DNA of 63,996 nt, counting the filler, from Thelocarpon superellum (lineage: Eukaryota): assembly GCA_026025795.1 (NCBI GenBank). It is 3 parts of 3 records of this genome, joined end to end, with 100 filler letters (N's around TTAATTAATTAA, not from the genome) between each part and the next. Parts side by side here need not be neighbours in the genome. Positions count along the whole stretch, not along the records: positions 22,650 to 45,159 come from JAPEUG010000294.1; positions 45,260 to 63,996 come from JAPEUG010000356.1; 1 more part is not named here. The stretch is one strand, 5' to 3'. Shown piece after piece: positions 34,112 through 45,857 of this stretch (within the stretch, counting starts at the first letter, position 1; every line of letters begins with the position of its first letter). Position numbers and translations under genes: made by a program. The notes beneath the pieces were generated by a model. The model had not been told where the DNA came from. It did not search any database and saw only the letters and a program-made list of their open reading frames with translations.

Positions 34112-37100
34112 ATGTTCCGGGCGCTACGGCACCCCCCCGCATCGAGTTCGGCTCGACCCTGGATCGCGCGACGATGCCGGCCCGGAAGGCGATATGCTAC
34201 CGTGACTGACCTGGCGCGGTATCCTAGCCCAGGCGATGCCCTCCATGGCTTCACCTTGAAGCGCGCCCAACATGTCCCCGAGCTCCACCTCTCTGCCCTG
34301 CACCTCGAGCATGACCGCACGGGGGCGCAGTATCTCCATGTCGCGCGTGATGACCGAAACAACGTCTTCTCCATCGGGTTCAAGACCAACCCGCCGGACG
34401 ATACCGGGGTTCCTCATATCCTCGAGCACACGACCCTCTGCGGCAGCCGCAAGTACCCCATCCGCGATCCTTTCTTTAAAATGCTTCCACGCACCCTCTC
34501 CAACTTCATGAATGCCTTCACGTCGTCCGACCACACCTACTATCCCTTTGCCACCACGAACGCCCGCGACTTCAGTAACCTGATGTCCGTCTATCTCGAC
34601 GCCACCCTGCATCCGCTGCTCAAGCCCAACGATTTTGCCCAGGAAGGCTGGCGAATTGGGCCGCAGAACCCAGGCGCCCCGGACCGCGGCCCGCTGGTGT
34701 TCAAGGGCGTGGTGTACAATGAGATGAAGGGCCAGATGTCGGACGCCGGCTACTTATACTACATCCGCTTCCAGGACCACCTCTTTCCCGCCATTCACAA
34801 CTCCGGGGGTGATCCGCAGAAGATGACCGATCTCACGTACCAGCAGCTCCGGGACTTCCACACGCATCATTATCATCCGAGCAACGCCCGGATCTTCACC
34901 TACGGCGACATGCCGTTGGCGGCACACCTAGAGGCGATCGGGGTGCAATTGGATGCCTTTGGCAAGAGGGATGTCGACCGCGAGATCAAGCGACCCATCG
35001 CTCTGGATGGTGGACCACACGTCGTTACGGTGCCTGGACCGATCGACACGCTAGTCGATGCCGACATGCAGTACAAGACGTCGACCTCGTGGCTCATGGG
35101 CGACACCTCGGACCCTCTCGAGACCTTTGCTCTCGGCATCATGTCATCCCTGCTACTCGACGGGTATGGATCGCCACTCTATCGTAGCCTCATCGAGGCC
35201 GGCTTGGGTCCCGACTGGACCCCCAACACCGGATTTGACGGGGGCGGCAAGATTGGCGTCTTCTCCGTCGGCTTGTCCGGGGTCAAGGCGGACGATGTGC
35301 GCCTGGTTAGGGAGACCATCCAGCGCACCTTGCAGACGGTGCACGAGACCGGCTTCGACCAGTCCAAAGTCGACGGCCTCTTGCACCAGCTGGAGCTCGC
35401 GTTGAAGCACAAGACAGCCAGTTTTGGCATGTCCTTGATGCAACGCCTGCAGCCGGGCTGGTTCAACGGCGTCGACCCCTTTGATTCTCTCCGATGGGAT
35501 CAGACGGTGAGCGCCTTCAAAGTACGCCTGGCGCAGGGCGACTATCTGGAAGGTTTGTTGGCCAAGTATCTGCTCAACGATCGTACCCTCACCTTCACCA
35601 TGGCCCCATCGGCCACGTACGAGAAGGATCTGGCAGCGGAAGAAGCCGCACGGCTGGCGGCCAAGATCACGGCGGCCGAAGAACAGGCGGGAGGCGTCGA
35701 CCCGGCCCGCGAACAGCTGGAGCAGCGTGAGCTGGACTTGCTCCAGGTGCAAGAGACGGCTCGGAATGAAGACCTCAGCTGTCTGCCGTCCGTTCACATT
35801 CAAGATGTCCCCCGCCTCAAGGAGACGGCTGACGTGCGAGACGCCGCCATCGCCGACATTCCGGTGCAATGGCGGGCCACGCCCACCAACGGACTCACGT
35901 ACTTTCGCGCCGTCAACACCTTTGCCGCTCTCCCGGATGAGCTCCGCGTCTATCTCCCCCTCTTTGTCGACAGCATGATGCGACTTGGCACGCGAGACCG
36001 GAGCATGGAGCAGCTCGAGGACGAGATCAAGCTCAAGACCGGCGGCATCCGCGCCAGCTACCATGCTGCCACCTCGCCCACGGCGATCGAGCGCTGCTCC
36101 GAGGGTCTGGCCTTTTCGGGCTATGCCTTTGACTCGAACGTGCCGGCCATGTACGACCTCCTCCGTACCCTCGTGCTGGAGACGGACTTTGATGGCCCTG
36201 CGGCCGAAGCACAGATTCGGCAGTTGCTGCAGGGCGCCGCCAGCGGGTCGATTAGTGCCATTGCCGAGTCAGGCCATGCCTACGCACGACGCGCGGCGGA
36301 GGCTCAGCTGACCCGGCACGGTCGCTGGCAGGAGGACGTCTCGGGTCTCACCCAGGTCCAACTCACGGCGAGCCTGGCGTCGAGGCCGTCTGCCGAGGGT
36401 CTCGGGGACGTTGTGGAGAGATTGAAGGCTATTCAGCGATTTGCCCTGGCCGGGGGGAGTCGCATGCGCGCAGCCATCACCTGTGGTCCCGAGAGCGTGA
36501 GGCACAACGAATACGAGCTCCAAAGGTTCCTCCAGAGCCTCCCGGCGGGCACGTATCCCGCCCCCTTGGCATCCTCACCGCATGGCCACTATGCGAAGAC
36601 CTTTGTTCCGCTGCCCTACCAAGTGTACTATTCGGCCCTTGCCTTGCCGACTGTCCCATATACCCACCCCGCTAGCGCCTCACTACAGATTCTGGCGCAG
36701 CTCCTCACGCACAAGCATCTCCACCACGAGATCCGGGAGAAAGGAGGTGCCTACGGCGGGGGAGCGTATGCGAAAGGTCTCGGCGGCGTGTTTGGCTTCT
36801 ATAGCTACCGCGATCCGAACCCAAATAACACGATCCAGCTCATGCAGTCGGCGGGGCGGTGGGGTCGCGAGCGAGCGTGGACGGCACAAGACCTTGCGGA
36901 GGCCAAGCTGTCGGTGTTCCAGGGGCTCGACGCACCAGAGAGCGTCAGTGAGGAAGGCATGGTCCGCTTCCTGCACGGTGTGAGCGATGAGATGGCGCAA
37001 CGCCGTCGCGAGCAACTGCTGGACGTCACGGCCGACGATGTCACCGCCGCGGCAGACCAATTCTTGGTGAAGGAATCTGACGCGGCGATCTTGGTCGTGC

Positions 37101-37213
37101 TTGGTGAGCAGAAGCCAAGTGTCACGGACGACGCGTGGCATGTTCAAGAAATGGTCGTGCCCGCCTCGACCGACGATGCCCCCGGGGCGACCGCAGCATC
37201 GTCCACGGCATAA
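34112..37213 (+). CDS. CYM1: Mitochondrial presequence protease (pitrilysin M16C); intronless
   Basis: Arg-rich presequence MFRALRH..., [15 protein letters not shown] (HxxEH), [27 protein letters not shown]. Confidence 0.95.
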   Translation: MFRALRHPPASSSARPWIARRCRPGRRYATVTDLARYPSPGDALHGFTLKRAQHVPELHLSALHLEHDRTGAQYLHVARDDRNNVFSIGFKTNPPDDTGVPHILEHTTLCGSRKYPIRDPFFKMLPRTLSNFMNAFTSSDHTYYPFATTNARDFSNLMSVYLDATLHPLLKPNDFAQEGWRIGPQNPGAPDRGPLVFKGVVYNEMKGQMSDAGYLYYIRFQDHLFPAIHNSGGDPQKMTDLTYQQLRDFHTHHYHPSNARIFTYGDMPLAAHLEAIGVQLDAFGKRDVDREIKRPIALDGGPHVVTVPGPIDTLVDADMQYKTSTSWLMGDTSDPLETFALGIMSSLLLDGYGSPLYRSLIEAGLGPDWTPNTGFDGGGKIGVFSVGLSGVKADDVRLVRETIQRTLQTVHETGFDQSKVDGLLHQLELALKHKTASFGMSLMQRLQPGWFNGVDPFDSLRWDQTVSAFKVRLAQGDYLEGLLAKYLLNDRTLTFTMAPSATYEKDLAAEEAARLAAKITAAEEQAGGVDPAREQLEQRELDLLQVQETARNEDLSCLPSVHIQDVPRLKETADVRDAAIADIPVQWRATPTNGLTYFRAVNTFAALPDELRVYLPLFVDSMMRLGTRDRSMEQLEDEIKLKTGGIRASYHAATSPTAIERCSEGLAFSGYAFDSNVPAMYDLLRTLVLETDFDGPAAEAQIRQLLQGAASGSISAIAESGHAYARRAAEAQLTRHGRWQEDVSGLTQVQLTASLASRPSAEGLGDVVERLKAIQRFALAGGSRMRAAITCGPESVRHNEYELQRFLQSLPAGTYPAPLASSPHGHYAKTFVPLPYQVYYSALALPTVPYTHPASASLQILAQLLTHKHLHHEIREKGGAYGGGAYAKGLGGVFGFYSYRDPNPNNTIQLMQSAGRWGRERAWTAQDLAEAKLSVFQGLDAPESVSEEGMVRFLHGVSDEMAQRRREQLLDVTADDVTAAADQFLVKESDAAILVVLGEQKPSVTDDAWHVQEMVVPASTDDAPGATAASSTA

Positions 37214-37720
37214 GAGGAGGGTATGCGACGTGTGATATGGTATGTTCATGGCATCATCCTCTGTACGATCATCAGATTTGGCAAGTCTGGCGCTGGAAGA
37301 CTCCGACATGGGTCGGCGTTCTGGCACACATCTCTACTCATCTCACTCCACTTCCACTTGCACTCCCACTCCCCCTCCCGTCTCCCTCCTTCTCATTCAT
37401 ACGCGCTCCGAAGAACAGACATCGAGACGTCTCCAACATTGCACACTTCCACTGTTGGCAGATCACACGGACGTATCTCGTTACGTCAAGCGCCAGATCA
37501 AATCCATCCCTTGGCCAGGTCGATTCTTTGCCTGAGGCGACCGAGCACGAGCCGGAGGACGCCCCTCCTGGTTCCTGCTCGGCGTTCGGGGGCGAACCGA
37601 GACATGGCGAAGCGGATCTCTCCATCTTTCTTTCAGACCTGCCCGTAGCTGAGATGCGCGCGGGCGGACTACAGGTGGCAGAACATGTGGAGGATCGGGC
37701 GTGGAGATTGGCTCGTCTAT

Positions 37721-38046
37721 CTATTGCTCCTCGGTCGGATCGACTGGGGCGCTCTTGTAATGACCACGAATGAAATCCGAGACTTGTTCGGGGTGGGCCT
37801 TGTCGACCTCTGCGGTGGCGGGACCCTCGCCCTCGGCCTTGCTCTCAGTCTGTCCACCGTCTGTTTTCGCTGTCAGGAGATTGTCAACAAGTGGGACGTC
37901 AGCGTGTACGCAACCATACCGCCATCTGACCCAGCGTTTCCACCCTTTGCCGCGCTGTCCAGCTTGTCCTTTGTGGTAGGCGCTGGCTGGTCGTTGGCCG
38001 CGGACTGACCTGTGACGGTCTCGATGGTGGATTTGATGGTGTCCAT
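37721..38046 (-). CDS. Small 91-aa hydrophilic hypothetical protein; one intron (37870-37919)
   Basis: Removing a 50-nt GTATGG...CTGACAG intron gives MDTIKSTIETVTGQSAANDQP...EVDKAHPEQVSDFIRGHYKSAPVDPTEEQ*. Confidence 0.6.
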
Positions 38047-38447
38047 GTGGGGTTGACGTGTAGATCTGGATAACGAAGCTCGAGCACGGGCGATGTCGAC
38101 GGGTAGGGTTCAAGTCGTGGCGGGCCGCTTGGACGTAGGGAGGTGATTGGAAAGACGAGGACGATGAGCAATGACGTAGACGGATGAGTCGCTTGCGGCG
38201 ATCTCACGGGCAGACGATCTTCATTGCCGCTCCGTCTTGTCCAGATCCCCTCACGTCCCCTTTCTGCCCCTCCCCCGCCGGACTTTCCACTGTCGTTAAT
38301 GGAACGATTTTGAATGTAGCGGGTGTAATCGACAAGATGACATCTCGGTAGCTCCAGAATATCCATGGCTAGCTGTAGTTTGTGCGCTCCAGCTTCGCCT
38401 GCACCATCCCCAGCTCGACCTCCACCATCACCATCAACACCTACGCG

Positions 38448-39719
38448 ATGGCCACCACTCTCACCCCCGCCCCCGCCTCCGCTCCCACTCCGATCCCCAT
38501 CACGATTATCACCGGCTTCCTCGGCTCCGGCAAAACGACATTAATCCTAAACCTGATCCCCCAGCTCCCCCCGAGCTACCGCCTCGCACTCCTCAAGAAC
38601 GAATTCGGCGACGTGGCCATCGACTCGCAACTTGCAGCATCCGCGTCGATCTCGGGCGTGCAGGAGCTCCTGAACGGATGCATCTGCTGCAACCTCGTCG
38701 GGCAGCTTGGGGACGCCCTCGCCACCCTACGGACCGACGTGTCTCCCGATCGCATCGTGGTCGAAACGAGCGGGAGCGCTTTCCCCGCCACGTTGGCCAT
38801 GGAGGTGAACCGGCTCGCGCGCGAGTCGGGCGGCGCGTACGTGCTAGATGGCGTCATTGTGGTGATTGACGTGGAGAATTGGAGCGGGTACGAGGATACG
38901 TCGTATACGGCGAAGTTGCAGGCGCGGTACACGGATCTCGTCGTGCTGAATAAGTGGGAGGAGGTGGGGGAGCGACGGGTGGAGGATTGTGTGGATCGGC
39001 TGGGCGATCTGGACGTCGATGTCCCGTATTTGAGGTCGGAGCGGGGCAGGGTCGATTACGGGGTCGTGTTTGGTGTTGATGGTGGATTGGCTCGTGCCTT
39101 GGAGTTGGACGGGGGGCAGGGGGCGGGCGAGGGGGGTGCTCCAAGCCATGACCATGAACATGAGCATACAGGGTCGGGGCCGAGGACGGGGGCGGACACC
39201 GCTAGGGAAGATGGACACCGGAGCGAGGTGGACGTCTTGTCGGTAACATTGACATCGCACGCGTCCAGCGTCGGCGTGGAACAGATCGTCGACATGGCCC
39301 GATTGGAGACCTTCCTTGCCGCGGCCCCAAAGGACGAGATCTACCGCATCAAAGCCATCCTCACGTCCTCGCAGCCTCCGAGTTCTTCTTCACGACCGCA
39401 CACAGTATCCTCTACGACCGGGACTGCACGCTGTATCCTCAACTGGGCATTTGGGCGCTGGACCTTCACGCGTCTAGTCCCACCTTCGACTTCACCGCAC
39501 GAAGTAGCCTCTTCGAAGGATGGAGCAGGACAGGAAGAATCGGCGACGAAGACAGTCTGCCAAATGACTCTCATCCTCGCTCGGGACGCGGGACAGAAGT
39601 GGAAACGGAAGATTGAAGAAGGGGATTTCCTTGTCTTGGCCGCTTCTGGTGTGAGTGCTGAGGCAGGCGGTGATGAAGGGGGGGACAAGGGGGAGTTGAT
39701 CGTCAGACGGGTGGTGTGA
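38448..39719 (+). CDS. CobW/COG0523 G3E P-loop GTPase, putative zinc metallochaperone
   Basis: ITGFLGSGKTT, KNEFG, LLNGCICC, ETSG, LNKWE, His-rich linker HDHEHEH, CobW_C-like YRIKA. Confidence 0.9.
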   Translation: MATTLTPAPASAPTPIPITIITGFLGSGKTTLILNLIPQLPPSYRLALLKNEFGDVAIDSQLAASASISGVQELLNGCICCNLVGQLGDALATLRTDVSPDRIVVETSGSAFPATLAMEVNRLARESGGAYVLDGVIVVIDVENWSGYEDTSYTAKLQARYTDLVVLNKWEEVGERRVEDCVDRLGDLDVDVPYLRSERGRVDYGVVFGVDGGLARALELDGGQGAGEGGAPSHDHEHEHTGSGPRTGADTAREDGHRSEVDVLSVTLTSHASSVGVEQIVDMARLETFLAAAPKDEIYRIKAILTSSQPPSSSSRPHTVSSTTGTARCILNWAFGRWTFTRLVPPSTSPHEVASSKDGAGQEESATKTVCQMTLILARDAGQKWKRKIEEGDFLVLAASGVSAEAGGDEGGDKGELIVRRVV

Positions 39720-39781
39720 GGTTCATGATCCACAGGAAGACCAATCCTCGCCTAGAGAGAAAGGCGGCAGAGAAGAAGCGC

Positions 39782-41283
39782 CTACCATCCCTCTCCCGGC
39801 GGTTCCATCATGACGCCCACGGGTCCGTTGGAGGGCGGGAGGTATTTGAACTTGGCAGCATCTCGGGCCTCCTTGGTGTTCCCGGTCCCATCCTGTGTTG
39901 ACGTCTCGTCCTCACTTAGGTGCTCCCCGCCCGCCTTTCCCTTCCCCTTCCCCTTCCCCTTGGCCTTGGCCTTGGCCTTTCCTCCACCTTTACCTTTTGC
40001 CTTTGTGGTCTCCATCGTCTCATCCATCGCCATTTGGCCCCGCATCGATATCGGCACCTGCATCTGCAATTGCATCTGCGTCTGCGTAGTCATGCTGAAC
40101 TTCAGCTCGCCCCCGGGTGGAGATGTACCTGGCGTGGCCATGCCGCCGGAATGACTCGTCGCGGTGCCCACCGCGGGGGGGACGGAGCGACTTTGGCCCG
40201 TCCCGACGGTGGACGTCGCCGTGGACATCCCAGCAACAGCTCTGCCGAGCTCGAGCACCGTCAAGCGATCTTCCCACGCCACGCCCGTCTTGATCTTGAA
40301 GAAGGCGCGAAAGGCGTCGAATGCCTCGTGGAAGAGCGAGGCGTGCTTGGCGAGGATCATGGTCGCTTCGGTCAACTTGGGCTTGGTTTTCTTGGGCGCT
40401 GTGTTCCCCGCCACGCCGTTAGGCAAGAGGTGCGGCCCGATGTGGAGTCCGCCCCGGGTATAGTGCGCCGTCGTTGCGTACAGGTGGGGTAGGGCGTGCG
40501 ATTCAAAGATCTAGGATGCCGCTCATCAGATTCGGTGGATGACAGTGGTGGGTAGGTACTGGAGAGGATGGAGCGAACACGCTCACCTTGACATGGTAAT
40601 GCTCGTTGCGGTTACATTGCAGGTCGATGCGGAAGAGCGAGACGGCGTATTCGAAGTTGGTGGCGTCGCAGTAGACGTGGTAGCTGCCTGTTGGACGTGT
40701 GAGCACCCCGCGTGCCTCGCACCGACGAACAAGTCACGGCGACAGGTCTCATGCCAGCTTACTCGATAGGAGCTCCTCCTCGGATGCGTTGCATCCCTTG
40801 TCGAAGCGGAGCTTGGCTGGTGGCGCACGCACAGGATGAGCGACGAGAAACAAGCGCCAGCGGGATGGAGGGCAGAGTGCACGCATCCACACGTGCCCAC
40901 ACCCAGAAGGAGAAAAGCAAAGAAGAGCACGCACCGTCAGCCTCGGCCTTGAGCTTCTCGCGATCCATCTTCCGCTTATCCTTCTCAAGCGTCGAGAGCA
41001 GATACTGTCGTTCACGCTTACAAGCACCACGGAGCAGCGAGTCCTCGAGCCAGTCAAAGGAGACGATGCGGAGCGAACCACCGAGCTTCACGGCCTTGCG
41101 CACCGCGGGCGCTTTGCTTTTGTACGCCTCCCAGCTGCTGATGAGATGTGTCGTGTGTTTGTCGACCGTGTCGGTGAATGTTCCCCCGTTGTTTTCGATC
41201 CAGCGCCGCATGTTCTCGTGGCTGCGCGGCGCCCCGAAGTCTCCCGTGAGGCCGATCTGGAGATTGCGCAGGGGGTTCTTCAT
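39782..41283 (-). CDS. BRCT-domain protein with C-terminal WGR-like region; about 3 introns
   Basis: N-terminal BRCT (IGLTGDF...WIENNGG...THLI...IVSFDWLEDSL); YHVYCDATNFEY...LFRIDL and AFDAFRAFFKIKTGVAWEDRL resemble a WGR-domain end. Confidence 0.7.
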
Positions 41284-41730
41284 GGTGACTGTGAACTGAG
41301 CGGAGCTCGGCTGGATCGGGCCCGGCTGGGCGAGTGAAGTGATGTTGCGGTGAGGTTGGGCTGATTGGATCACGGCCCTTAGTTCATGTGTTGTTGGTGA
41401 AGGCGGTCGTATCGGCAATGCATGCGCCAGGTCATACGTCCCCTGAGATGAGACGAGAGAGAGAGAGAGAGATGGGCAAGGCACGTCGTCTCCGTCTATG
41501 GGGGGTTTATAATGGTAAGGATGCCAGGTGGATGACGGAGAGAGTAGCTTGGAGAGCGACTTGGAGAGAGCGGCTTGGAGAGACGGATGATGAGTCTTCA
41601 CACAGAGATGATGAGATGATTCAAGCCGGTGCCAAAGACCGACAACAATTGAAAGGCTCAAAGGCAAGATCAACACCATAACTTGCCAAAGCCAAGCCCA
41701 TGTGGTCGACGACAATGCAGAGTTGATGCC

Positions 41731-44091
41731 CTATCTGGACCTCTTCGCCGCGGTAACGAAAGCCCGGATCTTGTCGAAGCTCTGAGCGCCATTTTCTTCA
41801 ACGCCACTGCTCACGTCGACCACCACTACCCGCTTCCTCGCCTCTCCCAACTCGTGTAGGGTCTGCCTCACGTTCGTCGGGTCTAGGCCACCCGCCAGCA
41901 TGACCCTCAGACCTTCATCCTTCTCCAAAGTCTCCGCCACGTCTTTCGTCCGCAACCGCTGCCCGGAACCACCGCCGCTGGTGTCGAGGAGCGGAAGCGC
42001 ATGGTAGCCGCGCGTGTGCAATCCTGGCTCGCCCGGGTTGAAGCTCCGGATCACGGGTACCGGCAACAGGGACGCCCATTCAATGGGCTCGGATCCATGC
42101 AACTGAACGATGTCGAGATTGAGGGCTCGTTGCTGCTCGAGGACGTGTGCGAGAGGCTGATTCTGAAAGACGCCAACGAGGAGCGCGCGTGTCGGATGTG
42201 TCAGGCAGGTAGTCGACATGGCGTCAAAGTAGTCCATGGCTTTGGACGATGCTGTCCGCGACCCTGCTGTAGTCGATGCCACCGCTTTCGGAGACTCATG
42301 AACGATCTTGGAGATCTGCAGGGCCGTCTCGGTGTCCACGTAGCGTTTCCGTCCTTCCACCAGTATCATCCCAATTAGATCGGCCCCCGCATCGATCGCC
42401 ACCTTGGCCGCCTTGGCCGTGCGCGTCCCACAGATCTTAACCAACAAATCCTTGCCATGTTCCGCTGTCTCACATGTGGTCGATTGATTCGAGACCCCAA
42501 AAAGCGCCTCCACAGCTGTCTCCACCTTCGGGGACCGCATCAACGCTTCGCCGACCAAAAGCGCCCCAACCCCAGCCTTCTGGTAACTCTGGACGTCCGA
42601 TGGTCGGGAGATGCCACTGAGAGCGCAGACCACGGATCCCTTTGGGACCAGATTCGTTAAGCGCGTCGTGGTGTCAAGATCCACCTCAAAGCTCGTGAGA
42701 TTGCGGTTATTGACGCCGATGACTCTGGATCCGAGTGCGGCCGCGGCCGTCATCTCCTCCACCGTGTTGACCTCGACGAGTGGTTCCATGCCGAGCGATT
42801 GCGAGTATCGGTACAGTCGTGTCAACGTTGCCGCGTCCAGCATCTTCACAATGAGCAGCACGGTATCGGCGCCGGCAAGTCGTGCCTCGAGGATCTGATA
42901 TTCATCAAAGACAAAGTCCTTTCGGAGCACCGCCGGTCGGTTCGACATTCCCTCCAGGGCTCGTCGTACTGCGCGGAGATCCTCGATGCTCCCTTTGAAC
43001 CACACGGGCTCCGTTAAAACGGAGATGACGGCGGCGCCTGCTCGAGCGTAGGCCCGCGCTTGCTGCGGGGCGGACGTGGACAGGGCAATGTCGCCTTTGG
43101 ACGGAGATGCCCGCTTGATCTCCGCCATCAGCGCCATGGGATATACCGAGTCCCTGATCCGCTCGGCGAAGGAGATCAAGGGCGGCGAGAGCCCCGACTC
43201 ATAAGACGCCTGAAGGTCGGCCTGGCGGAGGGAAGGGAGCTGCATCTGCGCCGCCACGCTCGCTCTGCGGTTCTGGTAGATTCGTTCCAGGACCGAAGTC
43301 GGCTCCTTCTGTGCAGGCTTCGACGTCGTGTCCGCCCTGGCGGCCTGGAGAGATGCGTTCTCCGCCCAAGTGCCACCCTGCATGGTCAAGAAATTCCTAA
43401 TCATCCATCGTCCCTCTTGGGTCAGGATGCTCTCCGGGTGGAACTGGACGCCCTCGACGACGAATTCCCGATGCCGCACGCCCATGATGATCCCCTTGGC
43501 CCCGTTAGCCCCCCCGGCAATCCACGACGACACTTCGAGACACGAGGGGAGCGACGGATGAGTCCCGGCTAGCGAATGATACCGGGTCACTGGGAGTCCC
43601 TGAGCAAGGCCGTCGTATATGCCTCGTGCATCATGTTCCAGTGACGAGGTCTTGCCATGAAGGATCTCGCCGGCGAAGACCACCTCTCCCCCGAACACCG
43701 AGAGGATGCATTGTCTCGAGGAATAGTAAGCCTGGTGCCAGAGCCTCCGCGTGGACTAGGAGCCAACTTACTCGCCCATGCACACCCCCAAGACGGGGAT
43801 CTTTCCCGCGAAATGGGCGATGGCGTCCCGACTGACGCCCGAGTCCCTCTCGGGGTGGCCGGGCCCGGGACTCACGACCAGCTGTGTCGGTCTCCGGGCG
43901 ATGAGCTCATCTAACGTGATCTCATCGTTGCGGACGACACTGACGGCGGCACCCTCCAGCACCAGATATTGGTAGACGTTCCAGGTGAACGAGTCATAAT
44001 TATCGATGAGAATTAGATTCGAGGCATTTGGCAGCGGGGCAGCGGGGGAGGGATGGTGAGGAGAATGGTCCACGAGATCCAGATTCGTCAT
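41731..44091 (-). CDS. trpC: Trifunctional tryptophan biosynthesis protein (anthranilate synthase GATase + IGPS + PRAI); intron 43715-43771
   Basis: [80 protein letters not shown]. Confidence 0.96.
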
Positions 44092-44356
44092 CGTGCAATA
44101 CCACTGGTGGGAAGGGCAAGAGGAGTTGTAGATGCCGGTAGGCAGATAAACTGTTCAGGGCATCGTACCGTGATGTGATGTGACGGTCGACCAGAGCTTC
44201 ACACGCTGACCAATCACGTCGTCCTGGAGAGCCCCGCGATAATATGGCTTTGTCGACGGATGCGTTGATCACCAGCAGTCGGGCCTGAGCTTCTCGCCTC
44301 GTAGCTTAGCTATCGCTTCCCAGCCGATTTGAAAACATGCACCTCCCAGCTATGTT

Positions 44357-44999
44357 TACGACGGACTATAACGCCGAGTGCGACACATCAGGAATTCGCG
44401 AATTCGCTACGCGAATTCGTGATTCCCAATTCCGAATTCCACGCAGCGCAGTACAATAACTGTGACAATGAGGCCTACAGCTAGGCGGAAACAGTAGACG
44501 TTGTCAATGGAGTTGACTCTGTGGCTCCTAGGGCTCATAGACCTATGACTAGCCTCCTCATGTTACTCAAGTTGAACACTGGGGCTCTGCTAGCTCGCAG
44601 CGGGACTCGGTTTATATACAGCGTGCTAGGTCACATGTTGTATCATGTGACAATCACGTGGTTATCACGTGATCACTCCTATCCTCGTGGCGAGGCGTGG
44701 AGCTCCCGGCCTCACAGGTAGCCCTAGGCAGAATAGAGCTCCTAGACCTATATGTATTCTACAATGCTACACCACTCTTTCCTTCTCTCTCACTGCCTCT
44801 ATCCAGACCTATAAGAGCAAAGAGCAAGATTGCCATAGGCACAGCAGTGAGAGAAGCTCTGAGGTGAAGCAGCACATGCAGCAGCTCCACCTCAGATCCT
44901 AGTCGCTGGCTGCATGGAATCGGGAATTGGGAATCGCGAATTCGCTACGCAAATTCGCGAATTTCGGATGTGTCGCACTCGGCGTTATAGTCCGTCGTA
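44357..44999. mobile_element. Non-autonomous TIR element (MITE-like), 643 bp
   Basis: 33-bp perfect TIR TACGACGGACTATAACGCCGAGTGCGACACATC, extending imperfectly to about 90 bp; flanked by TATGTT on both sides (44351-44356, 45000-45005); no coding capacity. Confidence 0.88.
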
Positions 45000-45159
45000 T
45001 ATGTTACCTAGACCCCTGCTGCCGGTCTCGAGTTGCTGATTATGTCATCCTCCGACCGAGTACGTTCCTTACGAGTTCGTATTCTTATGATTACGAGCGA
45101 CCTCAGCTGGATGATACTAACATACCATTCAGCCTGTCGCATAGCCACGTTCAGTCTCT

Positions 45160-45259
45160 NNNNNNNNNNNNNNNNNNNNNNNNNNNNNNNNNNNNNNNNN
45201 NNNTTAATTAATTAANNNNNNNNNNNNNNNNNNNNNNNNNNNNNNNNNNNNNNNNNNNN
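45160..45259. other. Assembly spacer (N44-TTAATTAATTAA-N44)
   Basis: N run with a six-frame stop linker. Confidence 0.97.
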
Positions 45260-45436
45260 AACGGATGTGCCCACGTAGCCCGAGAAGTAGTGATGCACTG
45301 CCATGATGAGGAATGTTCTGTTGGCCCTGGAGCAAGGTTGTGGCGTGAGCAGGTAGCCTCACAGAAAGTGGAATGCACCGCACGCTTGCCCTGCCCCAGC
45401 CACGAAGATCGACCTAGCCTGCCGAGCGCGAGTACT

Positions 45437-45542
45437 CGTACTGCGCAAGTAGCCGGGGGCGCTGCGTAGGGTGAGGGAGAGCCTCGACGCGTACTGCGCA
45501 AGTAGCCGGGGACGCTGCGTAGGGTGAGGGAGAGCCTCGACG
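45437..45542. repeat. 53-bp tandem duplication (1 mismatch) upstream of GYP7
   Basis: CGTACTGCGCAAGTAGCCGGGG(G/A)CGCTGCGTAGGGTGAGGGAGAGCCTCGACG x2. Confidence 0.92.
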
Positions 45543-45857
45543 TTTCCGCAACGGATATGCAACGGATTTGCCTACACGGAGCCCTCGCTTGGCCAAGATT
45601 GTGGCGCACGGGGCCGGGGATGACGGATGATCACCCCGCCATCATATCCACATCTGACGTGACGCATAGCGACGCACGGCAACAGATGAACGATAGGCAA
45701 GCAGTTGACCTTCGTTCAATACTACGGAAAGCGAACGCACGATATGCTCACGAGCTCAGGATGGCAAGTATGAAGACCTGATCACGCACGACGACACGGC
45801 ACGCCCACCTCTTCTTACCCTCTCTCTCATCCTCTGTCTCGCCGCGTCGAGACTACG

